A stretch of 64,000 bases of DNA from Nitrosopumilus sp. (GTDB lineage Archaea; Thermoproteota; Nitrososphaeria; Nitrososphaerales; Nitrosopumilaceae): assembly GCA_965219345.1 (NCBI GenBank), contig OZ244732.1, positions 1,568,001 to 1,632,000 on the forward strand. Direction: 5' to 3'. Shown piece by piece: positions 51,242-62,032 of the stretch. The notes beneath the pieces are model-generated. The model was not told the origin of the DNA, made no database searches, and worked only from the letters and a program-made list of their open reading frames with translations. Each line of letters begins with the position of its first letter. The first letter of the stretch is position 1. The position numbers and the translations under genes were made by a program.

Positions 51242-51313
51242 CTGTTAACCCCTATAATCTTCAAGGTTAACATTTCCACTAGTATTATTAATGAAACGCT
51301 ATTTGAAATTAAT

Positions 51314-52291
51314 ATGAGCACCTTAGAATTTATCAGAGGGTGTCAAGAAAAAGTATTTTCCGGGATTGGGATTTCATCCGAAGATGCTGAGAAACTATTT
51401 GACACTCCAGATGAGAATCTAAAAGATTTAGCAAAGCATGCAAATGAGATTACTAGAGATTTTAATGGAAGTAAGGTTGATGTAGAGCAGTTAAACAATA
51501 TCAAAAAAAATGCATGTAGTGAAGACTGTACCTTCTGTGGACAATCCGCTTTTTTTGATACAGGGATTGAAACATACCAGTTGCCAACTCCTGAAGAGAT
51601 AGTTATAAAAGCTCAAAAAGCAAAAGATGAGGGAGCTGAATCGTATTGTCTCGTTGCTGCATGGAGAGAACCATCACCAAATGATTTTAAAAAAGTTTGT
51701 AAAATTATTGTCGAGATAAATAACAAGGTTGGAATAACTATAGAATGTAGTTTAGGTTTTCTCACTAGAGAACAGGCAAAAAAGCTGAAAGAACTCAAAG
51801 TAAAAAGATACAACCATAATTTAGAAACAGCAAAATCAAAATTTTCAGAAATTTGCACAACTCACACATACGAAGACAGATTAAATACATTAGAGATTGC
51901 AAGGAATGCAGGATTGGAGTTATGCACTGGTGGAATTATTGGACTAGGTGAAACAAGAGAACAGAGACTAGAATTGGTATTAGAATTAGCTAGATTATTC
52001 CCTGAAGAAGTAACAATTAACATGCTAGTTCCAATTCCAGGAACCCCACTTGAATTACAAACAGAACTGTCCAACTCAGAGATTCTCAGAATGTTTTCTG
52101 TGATCAGATTCCTCTTACCAGAATCAGTCATCAAAATTTCTGGTGGAAGAGAAACAAAGCTAGATGATTCTGGTGAAGAGTTACTTCAGAGTGGTGCAAA
52201 TGGAATAATTACTGCAGGTTACTTAACGATGACCGGAAATGAGGCTAAAAAAGACCTAAAAATGATAGAAAAGATTGGCCTTGAAGCATAA
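51314..52291 (+). CDS. bioB: Biotin synthase
   Basis: CSEDCTFC, YNHNLET, GYLT. Confidence 0.95.
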   Translation: MSTLEFIRGCQEKVFSGIGISSEDAEKLFDTPDENLKDLAKHANEITRDFNGSKVDVEQLNNIKKNACSEDCTFCGQSAFFDTGIETYQLPTPEEIVIKAQKAKDEGAESYCLVAAWREPSPNDFKKVCKIIVEINNKVGITIECSLGFLTREQAKKLKELKVKRYNHNLETAKSKFSEICTTHTYEDRLNTLEIARNAGLELCTGGIIGLGETREQRLELVLELARLFPEEVTINMLVPIPGTPLELQTELSNSEILRMFSVIRFLLPESVIKISGGRETKLDDSGEELLQSGANGIITAGYLTMTGNEAKKDLKMIEKIGLEA

Positions 52292-53405
52292 GCTGAGATT
52301 TATTGATTCAGAATTAGAGAGAATCAAGCGAAATAACCTCTACAGAAAATTGCGATATGGGAAAACAAGTGGGGCTCATATCACAATTGATGGCAAAAAA
52401 CTATTGAATTTATGTTCAAATGATTACCTAGGAATTCCATCAGTAAAGATTCAGTTCAGACATCTTCAGTCAAGCTCAAGACTTGTTTCAGGAAATGATG
52501 AATCATATAAAAAATTAGAAAACGCCCTTGCAAAACATAAATCAAAACAAAACAGTTTGATTTATCCAACTGGATATATGGCAAATCTTGGAGTAATTTC
52601 TTCAATTGCAAGAAAAGGAGACTTGATTCTCAGTGATGAGTTAAATCATGCAAGCATAATAGAATCGTGCAAGTTAACTGATGCTAAAGTTTCAATTTAC
52701 AAACATAACAATATGCAAGATTTACAAAAAAAACTCAAACAGAAAGGAAAAAACAAGTTTGTAATCACTGAAGGAATATTCAGTATGGATGGAGATTTTT
52801 CATCTTTAAAACAACTTACCGAAATCTCAGAAAGAGCAAAAGCGATTACAATTGTAGACGATGCACATGGAGATTTTGCTATTGGAAGAGATGGAAAAGG
52901 AACACCAAATTATTTCAATGTAACAAAGAAAATTGATTTGTATATTAGCAGTCTAAGTAAAGGACTTGGATCATTTGGAGGATATGTTGCATCACAAAAT
53001 AATGTAATTGATTTGTGTATCAATAAATCAAAATCATTTATCTACACATCTGCACTTCCTTCATTTTTGGTTAACCATTCCATGAAGAGGTTTGAATCAA
53101 ATAGAGAAAAGCAAAAGAAGAAACTAGAAAAAAATACCAAACAACTCTCAAAAGGACTGACACAGATTGGATATGAGATAAGTTCCTCAACACACATCAT
53201 ACCAATAATAATTGGAAGTGAAAAATCAGCAATGAACTTTGGAAAATTCTTGTTTGATAACGGAGTATTTGCACAGCCGGTCAGATATCCTACAGTACCA
53301 AAGAATCAAGCAAGATTGAGAATTTCAGTTACTGCATGGCTCTCAACAGCAAATATTGAAAAAGCACTAGAAATTTTTGAAAAGGCCTATTCAAGAATTG
53401 GATGA
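52275..53405 (+). CDS. bioF: 8-amino-7-oxononanoate synthase
   Basis: SNDYLG, NHASII, FSMDGD, DDAHG, SKGLG. Confidence 0.93.
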   Translation: MALKHKLRFIDSELERIKRNNLYRKLRYGKTSGAHITIDGKKLLNLCSNDYLGIPSVKIQFRHLQSSSRLVSGNDESYKKLENALAKHKSKQNSLIYPTGYMANLGVISSIARKGDLILSDELNHASIIESCKLTDAKVSIYKHNNMQDLQKKLKQKGKNKFVITEGIFSMDGDFSSLKQLTEISERAKAITIVDDAHGDFAIGRDGKGTPNYFNVTKKIDLYISSLSKGLGSFGGYVASQNNVIDLCINKSKSFIYTSALPSFLVNHSMKRFESNREKQKKKLEKNTKQLSKGLTQIGYEISSSTHIIPIIIGSEKSAMNFGKFLFDNGVFAQPVRYPTVPKNQARLRISVTAWLSTANIEKALEIFEKAYSRIG

Positions 53406-53513
53406 TTACCGATAAGAATCAAAGCCAATAGGGCCAGCAGGTGACCCAACAATTACTGCAATCGTGATTATAGTCCCTAATGCTATACCTACAAGTACTA
53501 ACCGCTTATTCAT
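53406..53513 (-). CDS. Small membrane peptide
   Basis: MNKRLVLVGIALGTIITIAVIVGSP. Confidence 0.45.
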   Translation of the reverse strand: MNKRLVLVGIALGTIITIAVIVGSPAGPIGFDSYR

Positions 53514-53608
53514 ATCAAAATTATGATTTTCCCAGTTAAAAATGGATTGTATAAGATTAGGAAGTGATTTGGAAGAACATTTTAAAGGAAAAATCACAAT
53601 TTTGATTC

Positions 53609-54340
53609 ATGGCAGATCCTACAATATTTGTAGCATTACTTGCTGGCCTAGGTTCATTTATTGCCCCCTGCATTCTACCAATGATTCCAGCTTTTCTTGC
53701 ATACATTTCTGGTACCACTGTTACAGAACTTGGTTCCAAAAGTGGATCTGTCCTTTCCATTAATCGAGTAAACATTGTACTGAATACTGTATTTTTTGTC
53801 TTGGGATTTTCAGTAGTATTTTCTATTCTAGGAGTTTTGATTAACAGTGTTTTTTCAAGTGCAGTTGGTGAATTTACAGAGAGTCTTAATTTTGTAGGCG
53901 GAACAATCATTGTTGCATTTGGAATTTTCATGTTGTTATCTACAAAAATTCGTTCATTAAATATAGAGAAAAAATTCTTCCCAAAAAGTTCAAAGTCAAG
54001 CTATCCAATGTCATTTGTGTTTGGTTTAGCATTTGCAGTAGGATGGACACCATGTGTTGGCCCAATACTAGGAACAATACTTACTTTGGCAGCTACCACT
54101 CCGTCTCTTTCATTTAGCTTATTACTTGCATATTCACTAGGTCTAGGAATTCCTTTCGTATTAATGGGTGTATTTTTCTCAAGGGCTACAAGGCTTATTC
54201 GTTCAATGACCAAACATCTCAAATACTATAATGTAATCTTGGGTGCATTCATTATCATTTTAGGAATTCTAGTATTTACAAATCAATTGGCATATATTGC
54301 AAATTTCCCACTTCTCAACGATTTGGTGTTACTAGGGTAA
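53609..54340 (+). CDS. ccdA: Cytochrome c biogenesis CcdA/DsbD-type protein
   Basis: APCILPMIP, WTPCVGP. Confidence 0.88.
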   Translation: MADPTIFVALLAGLGSFIAPCILPMIPAFLAYISGTTVTELGSKSGSVLSINRVNIVLNTVFFVLGFSVVFSILGVLINSVFSSAVGEFTESLNFVGGTIIVAFGIFMLLSTKIRSLNIEKKFFPKSSKSSYPMSFVFGLAFAVGWTPCVGPILGTILTLAATTPSLSFSLLLAYSLGLGIPFVLMGVFFSRATRLIRSMTKHLKYYNVILGAFIIILGILVFTNQLAYIANFPLLNDLVLLG

Positions 54341-54344
54341 TCAA

Positions 54345-55454
54345 ATGAAATCAGAAATAAAAACAGCATTAATCTTAGGAATCATAATTGCTACAGGGTT
54401 GGGCATAGTGAGTATGGTTTTTTCGTCATTTGATGAAAAATTTGAGCCGGCAAACATAATTTCTGAAGTAAATTCAACCACCAAAATTGATAAATCTGGA
54501 TTCAAAACGGCTCCAGATTTAGTCGGAATTGCCCATTACTTGAATACCACACCTGAGAAACTAAGTGAAGTGGTCAAGGACAAAGTGATACTTTATGATA
54601 TTTGGACATACAGTTGCATTAATTGTATCAGAACACTACCATACATCACCGCATGGGATGACAAATATGCAGACCAAGGGTTATTGATCATCGGAGTTCA
54701 TTCACCAGAATTTGAATTTGAAAAAGATCCTGAGAATGTAAAGATGGCAATTGAAAAATACGGTATTACTTATCCTGTTGTTTTGGATAACGATATGGAA
54801 ACATGGAAAGCATTTGAAAATAGATACTGGCCAAGAAAATACATTGCAGACCATGAAGGATACATCAGATATGATCACATTGGAGAAGGAGGATATCAAG
54901 AAACTGAAAAAATCATTCAACAACTTTTGCATGAAAGAAACACATCACTTGGGATTCAGATGGCATCAGCTGCACCACTTGTAGATATTGACGAATTTGA
55001 GCACTCAATGTTTAGAACTCCTGAATTATACTTTGGATACAAGTTTGCACAAAATAGAAACCAACTAGGAAGTGAAGAGGGATTCAAACCAGGACAAACA
55101 GTCACATATTCAGAATCGAGTAAGGCGGACTTGCACAAATTCTATCTAACAGGAGATTGGAAGAACTATCAGGACAGTATGGAATTAGTATCAGATACTG
55201 GAACCATTAAATTACAATACAATGCAAAACAAGTTAACATAGTAACTGACAATGTTGCAGAATTAGAAATATTTCTTGATGGAGAGCCAATTCCTGCAAA
55301 GTATTCAGGAGATGACATTACATCAGGAAATATGCTGATAGTCTCAGAACCAGATCTCTATAACATCATTAGCAGTGAAAATAGTTCGTCACACCTATTG
55401 GAAATACAGATCAAGGATAAAGGATTCCAGATATTCACATTTACCTTTGGATAG
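54345..55454 (+). CDS. Redoxin (DipZ-like thioredoxin) protein
   Basis: WTYSCINC, GVHSPEF, YWP, TPELY. Confidence 0.88.
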   Translation: MKSEIKTALILGIIIATGLGIVSMVFSSFDEKFEPANIISEVNSTTKIDKSGFKTAPDLVGIAHYLNTTPEKLSEVVKDKVILYDIWTYSCINCIRTLPYITAWDDKYADQGLLIIGVHSPEFEFEKDPENVKMAIEKYGITYPVVLDNDMETWKAFENRYWPRKYIADHEGYIRYDHIGEGGYQETEKIIQQLLHERNTSLGIQMASAAPLVDIDEFEHSMFRTPELYFGYKFAQNRNQLGSEEGFKPGQTVTYSESSKADLHKFYLTGDWKNYQDSMELVSDTGTIKLQYNAKQVNIVTDNVAELEIFLDGEPIPAKYSGDDITSGNMLIVSEPDLYNIISSENSSSHLLEIQIKDKGFQIFTFTFG

Positions 55455-55548
55455 TGTAACCGTTCCCTCTTGTCACTGGAGTTACAACAGTTGCAGTGAC
55501 AAATCTGTTTAAAACAAAAATTTGCAGTCATAACAGGGAAATTAAGGA

Positions 55549-56199
55549 ATGATAAGCAGTTCTTGGAACAAAGTAGTCGGACAGAACATATCTCAAAATG
55601 TAATTAAGAAAATAAAGCCTGATGCTCCAATCAAAAATAAGATTGATTTTGCACAAAAAAAAATAGAATTTCAGATTTCAAAATTAGAAGGAATTAATGA
55701 AAAATTAAAGAAAAAACATGATATAATTTTTGAGAGGATTGTAAATGCTCAAAAAAATAACAAAGATGGTTATGCGAAAGCATATGCAGGAGAGTTGAAC
55801 CAAATTAGAAAAATGAAGAATATGGTGGGTGGTGCAAAATTATCCATGGAACAAATCAGTCTTAGATTAAGCACAGTATCCGAACTAGGAGATGTAGTAG
55901 TGACACTTAGTCCATGTATGGCAATCATTAAAGGATTAACTCCGTCACTTAGAGGAATTATGCCAGACGCAAATGCTTCAATGCAAGAACTATCACAATC
56001 ACTTGGAGATGTAATGTCAGGCTCATCATTAAACATGAGTGACAGTATCAATGTAAGTTCTGAGACAAATGCAGATACCTTGGCAATTCTAGAAGAAGCA
56101 CATAATGTAATTGCGGGTCAGACTAAATCAACAATTCCAGAGGTTCCCAATAGTCTCAAACATCAAATAGTTGAGAGAAAATCAGACGTACTCATCTAA
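55549..56199 (+). CDS. ESCRT-III/Snf7 (CdvB-like) paralog
   Basis: AYAGELNQIRK, LRLSTVSELGD, ILEEA. Confidence 0.8.
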   Translation: MISSSWNKVVGQNISQNVIKKIKPDAPIKNKIDFAQKKIEFQISKLEGINEKLKKKHDIIFERIVNAQKNNKDGYAKAYAGELNQIRKMKNMVGGAKLSMEQISLRLSTVSELGDVVVTLSPCMAIIKGLTPSLRGIMPDANASMQELSQSLGDVMSGSSLNMSDSINVSSETNADTLAILEEAHNVIAGQTKSTIPEVPNSLKHQIVERKSDVLI

Positions 56200-56215
56200 A
56201 ATTTTTAGTCAATCT

Positions 56216-56557
56216 TTATTTTGATCTCTTTTTACTTTTCTGAACTAGAATTTTCTTTATTCTAGAAATTGTAGGATAACTATATCCATGTCGACGATAA
56301 TTTGATATCATCATCTTCCAATTCTTTAACCTCCATTGAGCTTGCTCAGTGGTGACAGAATGAACCTCTTTTTGAATAATGCTTTTTCTTCCCACTTTTA
56401 GAGTTCCAGCGTCTTTTGCAGACCACCTATTCTTGGCAAATTTTAGTCCTGATAGGATCTCCTCTACAGGCATTTCTTTGAAATATTCTTTAAGTTTTTT
56501 TAGTTCCATGTCTGAAGGTTTTTTAGAAATCGGTAGCTCAATGGTAGGTTTTACCAT
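56216..56557 (-). CDS. Basic hypothetical protein
   Basis: 113 aa ORF. Confidence 0.7.
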   Translation of the reverse strand: MVKPTIELPISKKPSDMELKKLKEYFKEMPVEEILSGLKFAKNRWSAKDAGTLKVGRKSIIQKEVHSVTTEQAQWRLKNWKMMISNYRRHGYSYPTISRIKKILVQKSKKRSK

Positions 56558-56801
56558 GAAATTTCTAATGGGTTATGCTTTAAGAGAATCTTGCTAAACC
56601 AGATTTAACTAAAACAGGAAATAATTGGAAAAGATTTGATAAGCTCTAACAACTGAAAGGAATGTTTGCATTTTTGCATATTGTGTTGTACATTCCAAAT
56701 GCAAGGATCAAAGTTGCAAAAGCTGCCAAAGGAATTAAGATGAAAATGTTTGTTTTTCGACCCATAATCAAAATTAGATGTATGCCTATAAAATTGTCAC
56801 A

Positions 56802-57218
56802 TTAGTCAACCGTGATAGTAAAGGTACCTTTTGTTTTTGGATCTTGCAATAATGAAACCATCTCTCTTGGTAACAGATCAGATGCCTTGTCACATTTAAC
56901 AGCCAGAGTTCTTGGACATATGAAGTCACTTTTTCTTATGACTATATCTTCAGAATGAGTAAGGATCAAATCAGAGTGACCTTTTCCTTCTATTACAAAC
57001 TCATACTCTCCAACACAAATTGAGAAAGTTACTTTAGCACCAGATGCTTTTAGTTTGTCTTTTAATTCTTGAGGCAAGTCAGCGCAGCCTGAAGTTGCAC
57101 TAACACCAACTATACAATCTCCTTGAGGTGTTAAGTGAGACTCTTTTGTAATCTCGATAGTTTTTTGGTGATTTGATCTAATACTTTTATTTCCAGAAAA
57201 TTGAATTTCAAATCTCAC
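56802..57218 (-). CDS. DUF371 family protein
   Basis: HQKTIEITKE, LTPQGDCIVGV, IRKSDF. Confidence 0.85.
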   Translation of the reverse strand: MRFEIQFSGNKSIRSNHQKTIEITKESHLTPQGDCIVGVSATSGCADLPQELKDKLKASGAKVTFSICVGEYEFVIEGKGHSDLILTHSEDIVIRKSDFICPRTLAVKCDKASDLLPREMVSLLQDPKTKGTFTITVD

Positions 57219-57270
57219 GCCAAATCTAATAGGCTAGACTTAAATTAAACTTTCAAAGCATTGGAATCAA

Positions 57271-58008
57271 ATGCTTCCCCAGCAACAAGGTTATGATAGA
57301 GCAATTACAGTATTTTCACCAGACGGTAGACTTTACCAGGTAGAATATGCCATTGAGACTGTTAAAAGGGGAACAATAGCAGTTGGTGTAAAATGTAAAG
57401 ACGGCATAGTAATCGCAGTCGAAGAAAAACCTAGGAAATTACAGATATCTGAAACGGCGCAAAAGATTTTCCAAGTTGATGATCATGTTGGAGTTGCAGC
57501 AGCAGGATATATCCCAGATGCAAGAAGTCAGGTTGACAATGCAAGATTCTTTTCACAAAGTAACAAAATGATTTATGATGAACCAGTTGAGGTTGAAACG
57601 ATTGCAAAACATTTAGCTGATCAGTGTCAACAATATACACAATATGCAGGTGTAAGACCTTTTGGTGTTGCGCTTATTTTAGGGGGAGTGGTGAATAAAA
57701 TACCACAAATGTATCTAACTGACCCTAGTGGTACATACATCTCTTATGACGCAATTGCAATTGGTGCAACTTCTGAAGAGGTAAATGACTTTTTAGAAAA
57801 AAGTTACAAAAATTCTCTTTCGCTAGATGACGCTTCTGTATTAGCTGCAGCAGGAATTTATCTAGCAAGTGAAGATAAAGAAGGAGCAGATCACATCAGA
57901 ATGGCACATGTCAAAACAGAAACAGGGTTATATGAAATACTTTCTAACGGGCAGATTACGAGTTTTGCAAATACTGCTAAAGAAAAATATCCACATAACC
58001 AAAAATAA
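57271..58008 (+). CDS. psmA: Proteasome alpha subunit
   Basis: YDRAITVFSPDGRLYQVEYA, RPFGV. Confidence 0.96.
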   Translation: MLPQQQGYDRAITVFSPDGRLYQVEYAIETVKRGTIAVGVKCKDGIVIAVEEKPRKLQISETAQKIFQVDDHVGVAAAGYIPDARSQVDNARFFSQSNKMIYDEPVEVETIAKHLADQCQQYTQYAGVRPFGVALILGGVVNKIPQMYLTDPSGTYISYDAIAIGATSEEVNDFLEKSYKNSLSLDDASVLAAAGIYLASEDKEGADHIRMAHVKTETGLYEILSNGQITSFANTAKEKYPHNQK

Positions 58009-58040
58009 TTACTTTTAACTGCTTGTGAGATTAAATTACG

Positions 58041-58853
58041 TTGAAATTATCAGTCGCCATTCCCGAATCAGCACTATCTGATGATTCACTCAAGATTGAC
58101 AAAACTAGAAAAATATCAGTTCTAGCAAGGGCTTGTTCTATTTTTAAAATAGATACAATCTATGTCTACCAAGACGGAGACAACAAACAGGATGGAAGTC
58201 TGCTAGTAATGATTTTAAAATATTTAGAAACACCACAATTTTTGAGAAGAAGGTTATTTCCTAAAATAAATGATCTAAAGTTTGCAGGCGTACTTCAACC
58301 ACTAAAAATTCCCAGCCACATAACACCAGCAAATCCAAAAAAGATCAATAGAGGAGATGTAAGAGAAGGAATTGTGGTCAGCATAAAAGGGAAAAGATTT
58401 GTGGACGTTGGAATAAACCAATTAGTACAATTTTTTGGCAAGACTTCAATAGGAAAAAGAGTTACAGTTCAATTCAAAGAAGGTTATCCCAAATTTTCAG
58501 TAAAGGAGATCAACAAAAATGAAGTTCTTACTTATTGGGGATACTCAGTCAAAGAGAGGGCAAACTTGTTTTCTCTATTAAATGAGTGGAAGGGAAACAT
58601 AATAATCACATCTAGAAAAGGAAAAACTGCAACAAAAGAACAGATTTCTAAATATACAAAATCAGAACAACCAACACTAATAGTATTTGGCTCTCCTGAA
58701 AGAGGAGTTCATGAAATATTGGGAGGGAGAATGAAAAATGTACAAAATGCAAAGACTCTAAATTTTTTCCCAGATCAAGCCACTCAAACCGTACGTCTAG
58801 AAGAAGCATTACTTGGAACATTAGCAATAATTAATGCTCAAAGAACATCGTAA
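58041..58853 (+). CDS. SPOUT RNA methyltransferase (DUF171)
   Basis: YLETPQFLRR, VFGSP, TVRLEEA. Confidence 0.88.
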   Translation: MKLSVAIPESALSDDSLKIDKTRKISVLARACSIFKIDTIYVYQDGDNKQDGSLLVMILKYLETPQFLRRRLFPKINDLKFAGVLQPLKIPSHITPANPKKINRGDVREGIVVSIKGKRFVDVGINQLVQFFGKTSIGKRVTVQFKEGYPKFSVKEINKNEVLTYWGYSVKERANLFSLLNEWKGNIIITSRKGKTATKEQISKYTKSEQPTLIVFGSPERGVHEILGGRMKNVQNAKTLNFFPDQATQTVRLEEALLGTLAIINAQRTS

Positions 58854-58854
58854 C

Positions 58855-58965
58855 ATGCCAGAAAAAAAGAATTTTTTATTATTGGCAATTATGATGGGAG
58901 CAGCAGGAATTATAATTGGAGGATTTACTATCTGGAACATGGCATTAGATTTATTCAAGCCATAA
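58855..58965 (+). CDS. Small single-TM peptide (36 aa), not in ORF track
   Basis: MPEKKNFLLLAIMMGAAGIIIGGFTIWNMALDLFKP. Confidence 0.5.
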   Translation: MPEKKNFLLLAIMMGAAGIIIGGFTIWNMALDLFKP

Positions 58966-59058
58966 TGATTTCAGGCATAGTTGGTTAACCAGTATTTTTA
59001 ATATGGTTAACGATATCTCATATGGTTTAATAGAGGGCAATCGAGATGCGACATAACC

Positions 59059-60051
59059 ATGGGAGCTCGAAAACGCCATTCACCACGTAGGGGAAGCCTT
59101 GCATACTCACCTAGAGGACGTGCTAAAAGTATGGAAGCAAGGATTAGAGCATGGCCAAAATTAGATTCGGAAGAACCAAAAATTTTAGCTCATTGTGGTT
59201 TCAAAGCAGGATGTGTCCAAATTGTAAGTATTGACGATCGTGAAAAGACACCAAACGCAGGAAAACAACTTGTTAGTCTTGGAACAGTCCTTGTAACACC
59301 ACCAGTACTAATTTTAGGCATTAGAGGATATTCAAAAGATCATGACGGATTACATGCAGAATTTGATGTGTATGCAGATGATATTCCAAAATACATTACA
59401 AAAGAAATTACATTAAAAAATAAGGAAGGAGCACTAGAAAATGCAGAAAAAAGATTAAGGAGGATTAAAGAAATCTTTGCAATAGTTGCAGTTTCACCAC
59501 GCGCAGCTGGATTAGAACAAAAGAAACCATATGTGTTTGAAGCTTCAGTTAGTGGCGGAGACATTCAAAAACAATTTACTCATGTTAAAGAATTACTTGG
59601 AAAAGAAATTAAGATTGATCAAATTTTTGAACTTGGTTCAAGTGTTGATGTTGCTGCAATTACTAAAGGCAAGGGATGGCAAGGTGTCATTCAAAGATGG
59701 GGTGTAAAAAAGAAACAACACAAATCAAGGAAAACAGTTAGAGAAGTAGGTTCACTTGGCCCAATCTCTCCACAAAGTGTCATGTATACAGTTCCAAGGG
59801 CCGGGCAGATGGGATTCCATCAAAGAATAGAGTATGATAAACGAATTATGATTATAGGAAACACAGATGATGATCAAATTAAAATTAACCCAGAGGGCGG
59901 ATACAAACACTTTGGATTAGTTAAAGGAGATTTTATTGTTGTAAAAGGTTCAGTTCCTGGAACATATAGAAGATTAATCAAACTAAGAAGTCAGATTAGA
60001 AATGCTCCGGTCAAAGCTCTCAAACCAAACATTTTGGAGGTAGTAGTGTAA
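59059..60051 (+). CDS. rpl3: 50S ribosomal protein L3
   Basis: PRRGSL, TKGKGWQG, RAGQMGFH. Confidence 0.97.
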   Translation: MGARKRHSPRRGSLAYSPRGRAKSMEARIRAWPKLDSEEPKILAHCGFKAGCVQIVSIDDREKTPNAGKQLVSLGTVLVTPPVLILGIRGYSKDHDGLHAEFDVYADDIPKYITKEITLKNKEGALENAEKRLRRIKEIFAIVAVSPRAAGLEQKKPYVFEASVSGGDIQKQFTHVKELLGKEIKIDQIFELGSSVDVAAITKGKGWQGVIQRWGVKKKQHKSRKTVREVGSLGPISPQSVMYTVPRAGQMGFHQRIEYDKRIMIIGNTDDDQIKINPEGGYKHFGLVKGDFIVVKGSVPGTYRRLIKLRSQIRNAPVKALKPNILEVVV

Positions 60052-60863
60052 TGAAGGCAACGGCATACACAACTACAGGTACAAAAGATGGAGAAGTAGA
60101 ACTTCCACTTGTGTTCTCAACTCCATTTAGAAGAGAGTTAATTCACAAGGCTTTCACCAATCTGACTTCACACAAATTCCAACCACAGGGTAGACACCCA
60201 ACTGCGGGTCAAGATGTTGTGGCAGACTCAAATGATCCTCCTACAGGTCAAGGCGTATCTCGTGTTGCCAGAGCACAAGGTGGAGGAGGCGGAAGACAAG
60301 GTCAAGGTGCAGAAGTTGCATCCACTAGAGGAGGAAGACAAGCACACCCACCTATTGTTGGGAAGATAATTTACAAGAAACTAAACAAAAAAGAAAACAA
60401 ACTAGCATTGTGTTCTGCAATTGCAGCAACTGCATCAAAAGATCTCGTAGAATCACGCGGTCATAAAGTTGAAGGTATTGAATCATTCCCAATAATAGTA
60501 TCAGACGATATTGAATCAATTTCTAAGACTAGTGAAATCTCCAGAGTATTAGATTCACTAAACCTATCACAGGACATTAAGAGATTAGAATCAAGAAAAA
60601 TCCGTTCTGGACAATCAAGACTCAGAGGGAGAACCAAGAAAGTCGGGAAGAGTATTTTGTTTGTAACAGTAGATTCCTCAAACATAAGAAAAGCAATAGG
60701 TGCGCTGCCGGGGGTAGAAGCAATAAATGTCAAGGACTTGAGCGTCTTAGATTTGGCACCAGGTTCTGATCCAATTAGACTAACAGTGTATACCAAATCA
60801 GCAATAAAAGAGATTGGAAAGATTAAATCAACACATCTGGAGTTAATGGTGAAAACACAATGA
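60051..60863 (+). CDS. rpl4: 50S ribosomal protein L4
   Basis: GQGVSRVAR, TRGGRQAHPP, LAPG. Confidence 0.96.
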   Translation: MKATAYTTTGTKDGEVELPLVFSTPFRRELIHKAFTNLTSHKFQPQGRHPTAGQDVVADSNDPPTGQGVSRVARAQGGGGGRQGQGAEVASTRGGRQAHPPIVGKIIYKKLNKKENKLALCSAIAATASKDLVESRGHKVEGIESFPIIVSDDIESISKTSEISRVLDSLNLSQDIKRLESRKIRSGQSRLRGRTKKVGKSILFVTVDSSNIRKAIGALPGVEAINVKDLSVLDLAPGSDPIRLTVYTKSAIKEIGKIKSTHLELMVKTQ

Positions 60864-61126
60864 ATGTAGATCAAGCAAGTAGAGTTATTGTCAAGCCATA
60901 CATTACAGAAAAAACATTCGCGATGGTAGAAAATGAAAGTAAAGTTTGTTTCATTGTGGAAATTTCAGCAACTAAACCACAAATCGCTGAGGCAGTGAAA
61001 ATACTTTACAAAGAAGACGTTACCAACGTTAACACTGCAAGAACAATTTATGGTAAAAAGGCATTTGTTCAGTTTGAGACTACAGCAAAAGCCAGGGATT
61101 TGGCAACAAAGATAGGAATGCTATAA
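60860..61126 (+). CDS. rpl23: 50S ribosomal protein L23
   Basis: PYITEK, KKAFV. Confidence 0.95.
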   Translation: MNVDQASRVIVKPYITEKTFAMVENESKVCFIVEISATKPQIAEAVKILYKEDVTNVNTARTIYGKKAFVQFETTAKARDLATKIGML

Positions 61127-61170
61127 TATGGACCGTAAAACTCGAAGTACATTAACAGAGGAGAAGAAGG

Positions 61171-61566
61171 ATGGTTAAACAATTTTCATACAGAGGAATT
61201 CCAAAAGAGGAGTTAGAAGACACATCTTTAGAGAAATTATTCAAATTATTCAATTCCAGACAAAGAAGATCTCTCACTAGGGGCATTACTGACGGAAAGA
61301 GAAAGCTGATCGATGAGATTAAAGCATCAAAAGCAGGTAAATTAAAGAATCCTATCAAAACTCACCTAAGAGATTTGATTATTCTGCCATACATGGTGGA
61401 TGTCACAGTAAATGTTTTTTCAGGAAAAGAATTTGTTCCAGTCGTAATCAAAACAGAAATGATTGGACATTATCTGGGAGAATATGTCATAACAAACAAG
61501 AAAGTTTCACATGGAGCGCCAGGTGTGGGAGCATCAAGATCCAGCCTCTATGTACCATTAAAGTGA
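61171..61566 (+). CDS. rps19: 30S ribosomal protein S19
   Basis: KTHLRD, MIGHYLGE. Confidence 0.96.
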   Translation: MVKQFSYRGIPKEELEDTSLEKLFKLFNSRQRRSLTRGITDGKRKLIDEIKASKAGKLKNPIKTHLRDLIILPYMVDVTVNVFSGKEFVPVVIKTEMIGHYLGEYVITNKKVSHGAPGVGASRSSLYVPLK

Positions 61567-61571
61567 TTATT

Positions 61572-62030
61572 ATGGGCAGATTCGGTTACGCTTTCCAAAA
61601 TTACGATTCAACAAGACATGTACGTTCTTCATTGAGAGAAAAAGACATTTCACATAAACATGCACGTGAAGTAGCAGTTGCAGTCAAGGGATTGTCAATT
61701 GAAAAAGCAAGAGATTACTTGCATGCAGTAATTCACAAAGACAGAGCTGTTGCATTTAGACGATTCAAAAACCAAGTAGGGCATAGAGCAGATCCTGGAA
61801 TGATGTCAGGACGTTATCCACAAAAAACAGCAAAAGAATTCATCAAAGTTTTAGATAATTTAGAATCAAATGCAGAATACAGAGGAATGGATTTAGATAG
61901 ATTGAAAATTATAAACGCAACTGTTCACAAAGGAGTAACGATAAAAAGATTCATTCCAAGAGCAATGGGAAGAGCGACTCCTAAAAACGATGTATTAACT
62001 CATGTAGAATTGGTAGCCCAGGAGATTTAG
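61572..62030 (+). CDS. rpl22: 50S ribosomal protein L22
   Basis: GRYPQK, PRAMGRA. Confidence 0.96.
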   Translation: MGRFGYAFQNYDSTRHVRSSLREKDISHKHAREVAVAVKGLSIEKARDYLHAVIHKDRAVAFRRFKNQVGHRADPGMMSGRYPQKTAKEFIKVLDNLESNAEYRGMDLDRLKIINATVHKGVTIKRFIPRAMGRATPKNDVLTHVELVAQEI

Positions 62031-62032
62031 AA

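Noticed and set aside
49168-53405. Biotin cluster as a novel acquisition
   Set aside because: Ordinary bioD/A/B/F genes with host-like composition.
61126-61171. rpl2 missing between rpl23 and rps19
   Set aside because: To my knowledge this arrangement is usual in Nitrosopumilus-like genomes, where rpl2 lies elsewhere.
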